From Clostridia bacterium (lineage in GTDB: Bacteria > Bacillota > Clostridia > UBA1212 > UBA1255), in contig JAZQDE010000036.1 of NCBI GenBank assembly GCA_045546695.1, positions 46,035-110,034 of the forward strand: DNA of 64,000 nucleotides, written 5' to 3'. A program made the position numbers and the translations under genes. The stretch's first letter is position 1, and every line of letters begins with the position of its first letter. The notes beneath the pieces were generated by a model. The model did not search any database. It had not been told where the DNA came from and saw only the letters and a list, made by a program, of their open reading frames with translations. Below are positions 59,972 through 64,000 of the stretch, piece by piece.

Positions 59972-61549
59972 ATGGAAGGTAAGCCTGTATCTAATTTACC
60001 CAAAAGAAGGAAAGGTAAAAAAGCAAAAATTCTCATCTGTGCAATCTTTTTACTTGTGCAGGCATATTTTATATTCAAGGCGCTGTACGAACTGAACGCT
60101 TTCGCCCTGACCTCATACATAATCGTGTATTTTATTACAATTATTACCGCTCTCAACCTCTCACTCGACAACAGAAAATCCTCCTATAAACTGGCATGGA
60201 TCACTGTCCTCATATCAATCCCGATTTTCGGCCTTGTCTGCTACTTTATGTGGGGCAAACCGCGTCAGTCAAAGCGCCTGAAAAGAAGGATTCCACTCAT
60301 TTCCGAAATGACGATTCCGCTGTACAAATGGAATCCCGATTATCCTGAAAAATTAGCAGCTACATATCCTGACGGTGAAAAGATGATGAAACATCTCAAC
60401 AATAATGGCTTTCCTGTTTATGGAGATACTTCTACCAGATATTACCGGCTCGGAGACGACCTTTTCCCCGAGCTTTTTGAGGATATAAAACACGCAAAGA
60501 AATTCATTTTTATCGAATATTTTATTGTATCCGAAGGTCAGCTTCTGACAGAACTTGTAAATATTCTTGAGCAAAAAGCACGCGAGGGTGTTGAAATAAA
60601 AATCCTGTATGACGACTTTGGTTGTATATCGACACTGCCGGATAATTTTGTTTCAGATATGAAGAACAAAAATATTGAAGCTGCGCCGTTTAATAAGGTA
60701 ATTCCTGTATTGAACAATTTCTATCTCAATTACAGAAATCACCAGAAAATCTGTGTAATTGATGGAAATATTGCATACACGGGCGGCGTGAATCTTGCAG
60801 ATGAATACGCAAATCTTGTAGAAGCTTTCGGTCATTGGAAAGATACCGGAATCAGGCTTGAAGGACCCGGTGTGTGGAGCATGACAATTATGTTTCTTCA
60901 AATGTGGCAATATACAAAAGGCAGCAAAATCCCCGGCTCTTTAGAGGAAATATCTGCCACTTACGCGCCTGACATATTCTGTGAAAATCCGGCAGGCGGT
61001 TTTGTGCAGCCGTTTTGTAACGGCCCGTGCAGCCAGAATATAAACAATACGGCCGAGCACGTATATCTCAATGTTATAAATTCTGCCAAAAATTACATAT
61101 ATATAACTACTCCCTACCTCGTTCTCGACAGCGAAGTGCAGACAGCCCTGATTATCGCAGCCCGCAGCGGCGTTGACGTGCGGATAATAACGCCGGGAAT
61201 TCCCGACAAAAAATACGTTCATCTCGTTACCAACTCGCATTACGGCAAACTTCTTGAAGCCGGTGTGAAAATATATGAATATACGCCCGGTTTTATCCAC
61301 TCAAAAAGCGTTGTCTGCGATGACTATAGCTGCCTCGTCGGCACAATCAACATGGATTTCCGTTCGTTTTTCCTTCATTTTGAAAATGCAGTCTGGATGT
61401 GCGGGACAAGCAGTGTCGCCGATGTGAAAAGTGATTTTCTGGAAACTCTTGACAATTGTTGCGAAATATCGCTTGAAAGCTGGAAAAAACGCCCTGTTTT
61501 CATGAAATTCAAGCAAAGATTCCTTAACTTTTTCTCCCCTCTGCTGTAA
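59972..61549 (+). CDS. cls: Cardiolipin synthase
   Basis: Two HKD motifs (RNHQKICVIDG, HSKSVVCD); N-terminal TMs. Confidence 0.93.
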   Translation: MEGKPVSNLPKRRKGKKAKILICAIFLLVQAYFIFKALYELNAFALTSYIIVYFITIITALNLSLDNRKSSYKLAWITVLISIPIFGLVCYFMWGKPRQSKRLKRRIPLISEMTIPLYKWNPDYPEKLAATYPDGEKMMKHLNNNGFPVYGDTSTRYYRLGDDLFPELFEDIKHAKKFIFIEYFIVSEGQLLTELVNILEQKAREGVEIKILYDDFGCISTLPDNFVSDMKNKNIEAAPFNKVIPVLNNFYLNYRNHQKICVIDGNIAYTGGVNLADEYANLVEAFGHWKDTGIRLEGPGVWSMTIMFLQMWQYTKGSKIPGSLEEISATYAPDIFCENPAGGFVQPFCNGPCSQNINNTAEHVYLNVINSAKNYIYITTPYLVLDSEVQTALIIAARSGVDVRIITPGIPDKKYVHLVTNSHYGKLLEAGVKIYEYTPGFIHSKSVVCDDYSCLVGTINMDFRSFFLHFENAVWMCGTSSVADVKSDFLETLDNCCEISLESWKKRPVFMKFKQRFLNFFSPLL

Positions 61550-61596
61550 TTTTATGGTATACTTCATACGTAATTACAGCAGGAAAGGTTTTTCAC

Positions 61597-63303
61597 ATGA
61601 ATATTGAGTTTTTAATTGTCGGTACAGCGAAAGAATCCGAGGAAGATTTTCACAATCTTTACCATAAAATGAAAGTAAGCGTATATACGTTATGTCTCAG
61701 TATCACGAAAAACAAGAATATGGCAAGAGACCTTGCGGCAGAGACTTTCCGCCGTGTAAAGCGTGATGCGTACAAGTTTGACACAGAATTAAATGGTGAA
61801 TACTGGATTCTTGATATTGCATACCGCCTCAGCCAGAACGCACTGATCGTTCCGGCTTTCCGCAGCCAGCTTTCAAGACAATTTCTGGATAATGTTTCCC
61901 TTCTTATGGGAGACCTCATAAACAACGCAAAGAACGAACGCGCTGCCATTGTTTTCCTGCGTCTTCTCAGTTCTATGAGAAAGAGCGACATTGCAAAACT
62001 TCTCAATTATTACCATGCTTCGTGTAACGCCGAATACACAAGAGCCATCAAGCAGCTTTATGCAAATAACAAGCATTATTCAAAAAAAGAAATCATAAAA
62101 ACGCTTAAAGAAGACGCTGCTGCAGCTTGTCCCGACTATTGGATTTACATCAACAATCCTGTAAACGACAAGACTTCCGGTCTTGCAGACGAGCTTACAG
62201 AACAACCGGTTATCCCACAGGATACACCTTCCGAAGAAAAGCCAAAAAATGGTCGCAGAATTATTCTGATTACCGGTATTTTACTTTTCACCGTATCACT
62301 TACATGTATTGTATTCTATTTCTTCTTTAAAGACAGGGAAAAAGAGGACACATACGATTCCACAATTATCCAGTACGACAACACAACTGCGATGGTAGAA
62401 CTTGGTGGTACTTTATTTTATACGAGTGAAAATGCCAAGGACCTTTGCGCATTTAACGTGACGACGGACAAGGCCGGCCGTGTCATCATCAAGGACGCTC
62501 ATCCGAAGGAAATCGTCACAGACGGCACTTATCTGTACTATAGAAGTCAGAAAAACGGCTTTATGTATAAAACAGACGCGACAGGAAGTATAAATACGCA
62601 GATATCTTATCTGCCGGGCGTGTCGCTCACTGTTCAGGGCAATTATCTATATTTTGGCAGCGAGGACGGTATTTACCGCATAGCTCTTAACTCTGACGTT
62701 ACGACTGCAGAGCCGGAGTTGCTTCTTGATACGTCATACGATTCTTCGCTATTTTGCGTAGACCTTGACGTGGCAGAAGATAGTACTGTTTTCTTCTGTA
62801 GCGGTGCCGGCAAGGGTATTCACCAGATTTACGATTACAACGGAACGTCTCTTAATAAAGGTCTTTTTTCCGACGAGGCGTACTCTATCGAATACGACAA
62901 CGGCTACGTTTATTTCGATTTTGCTATGAGTAATTCTATTAATCTTTACAAAATCAATCTTGAAACGCTCCGTATTTTCACCGTTGGTAAAACCTATTCA
63001 ACTTATGATACGGACGATGCCCCACTTGGTGCTGAAGGTACCGCCGCGGAGTTGTCTTCGGGCGCCTTCCAGATTGTGGATACCGTTGCGTACTATGCGG
63101 CAAAAGATGGTATTTATAAAGTACCATTTAATGGCGGCGAGAGCGAGCTGGTTGTCAAGAAAACTCTCGACAATACAATTACAGATTTTTACATGTCCGA
63201 TGAATATATTTATTGCTTCTACTCTGATGGTAAAAAGGACTCCGACAGACAACTTGTGGCATATAAGTTGACGAATCCTGACATAAATGTTAGTATTTAT
63301 TGA
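61597..63303 (+). CDS. ECF-sigma-like domain fused to a TM helix and a DUF5050-like beta-propeller
   Basis: Region 2-like (F..LY..VY..C.SI..ARDL..ETF..WI..IA), region 4-like (R.AIVFLR..DIAKLL..RAIKQL), one TM, repeated YLYY/GIYRI blades. Confidence 0.65.
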   Translation: MNIEFLIVGTAKESEEDFHNLYHKMKVSVYTLCLSITKNKNMARDLAAETFRRVKRDAYKFDTELNGEYWILDIAYRLSQNALIVPAFRSQLSRQFLDNVSLLMGDLINNAKNERAAIVFLRLLSSMRKSDIAKLLNYYHASCNAEYTRAIKQLYANNKHYSKKEIIKTLKEDAAAACPDYWIYINNPVNDKTSGLADELTEQPVIPQDTPSEEKPKNGRRIILITGILLFTVSLTCIVFYFFFKDREKEDTYDSTIIQYDNTTAMVELGGTLFYTSENAKDLCAFNVTTDKAGRVIIKDAHPKEIVTDGTYLYYRSQKNGFMYKTDATGSINTQISYLPGVSLTVQGNYLYFGSEDGIYRIALNSDVTTAEPELLLDTSYDSSLFCVDLDVAEDSTVFFCSGAGKGIHQIYDYNGTSLNKGLFSDEAYSIEYDNGYVYFDFAMSNSINLYKINLETLRIFTVGKTYSTYDTDDAPLGAEGTAAELSSGAFQIVDTVAYYAAKDGIYKVPFNGGESELVVKKTLDNTITDFYMSDEYIYCFYSDGKKDSDRQLVAYKLTNPDINVSIY

Positions 63304-63328
63304 TTCTTTATTGAGGGAGAAAACAAAA

Positions 63329-64000
63329 ATGCGTGCTTTATTTATCATTAACCCGGTAAGTGGCAAGGGCGACTCTGTTCAGAGAGCGGCTCTTATTGCG
63401 ATGCACAGACTGCTTGGAGACCAGATTCTGGAGCAGGTTGACCTCTTCTATACAAGAGGCAAGGACGATGCCATGAACAAGGCTGCGGAGGCAAAAAATG
63501 GCAATTACGATTGTGTCGTGGCTGTAGGCGGAGACGGCACTATCAACGAGGCGGTTCTTGGTCTTTACACATCGGGAAGCAAAGTTCCGCTGGCTATTTT
63601 GCCGGCCGGCACAGTAAATGATTTTGCTTATTCTCTGGGAATCGATTCCACTGCAGATTGTCTGTATGACATGGTAAAGAACTTTACATACAAAACGATT
63701 GATATTGCTACTTTTAACGGCTCATATTTCCTTAATGTGGCAGCCGGCGGTATGCTCTCAGACGTTGCACACAGTGTGCCGCGCGATGCAAAGTCAAGCT
63801 TCGGTACTATTGCCTATTACTGGGAAGGCATCAAAAAGCTTGCAAATCTCAAGTTTCCTACATCAAAGCTCGCATTTACGATTGATGGCGGTGAAAAAGA
63901 GGTTTTTGACAACTTTTTCTTTATTATCACAAACTCCAAAAGCGTTGGCGGTTTCCATAAAATAGCAAGCCAGGCAAAGCTTGACGATGGTTATCTTGAT
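63329..64000 (+). CDS. Diacylglycerol kinase family (DagK/YegS), runs off the window
   Basis: Hand translation MRALFIINPVSGKG..VAVGGDGTINEA..LPAGTVNDFA. Confidence 0.92.
   Translation, partial: MRALFIINPVSGKGDSVQRAALIAMHRLLGDQILEQVDLFYTRGKDDAMNKAAEAKNGNYDCVVAVGGDGTINEAVLGLYTSGSKVPLAILPAGTVNDFAYSLGIDSTADCLYDMVKNFTYKTIDIATFNGSYFLNVAAGGMLSDVAHSVPRDAKSSFGTIAYYWEGIKKLANLKFPTSKLAFTIDGGEKEVFDNFFFIITNSKSVGGFHKIASQAKLDDGYLD

Overview
64-kb chromosomal window of a Clostridia-like (Firmicutes) anaerobe, with most genes on the minus strand. Core genes include an M20 dipeptidase, a GH3 lipoprotein, G1PDH, maf, mscL, proBA-cmk-plsC-ispH/rpsA, a TPP-riboswitch-controlled ThiXYZ-type ABC transporter, folA-thyA, sigH-cysS, 6S RNA, ispD, a NifU-like/GGGtGRT pair, mreB-like, a minimal Tad/Flp locus, rsmI, ferredoxin, cls and a DAG kinase. 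An AT-rich defence island at about 25.5-38.8 kb carries a GIY-YIG pseudogene, a Vsr-MTase-HpaII-like restriction-modification (R-M) system, an ISLre2 remnant, a Hachiman-like nuclease+helicase pair and an AAA_14 ATPase. The most unusual signal is an unannotated array of about 9 25-bp palindromes (ACTT-N5-CAA-N-TTG-N5'-AAGT) at 33.04-33.60 kb, whose variable arms co-vary. Also notable are a modular dispersed hairpin repeat family (21.3-21.8 kb and 5.96-6.07 kb), a TPP riboswitch with a repeat-expanded P3, a membrane-anchored ECF-like sigma fusion, and duplicated gene ends marking island accretion. All product calls come from motif recognition by eye; no database searches were run.
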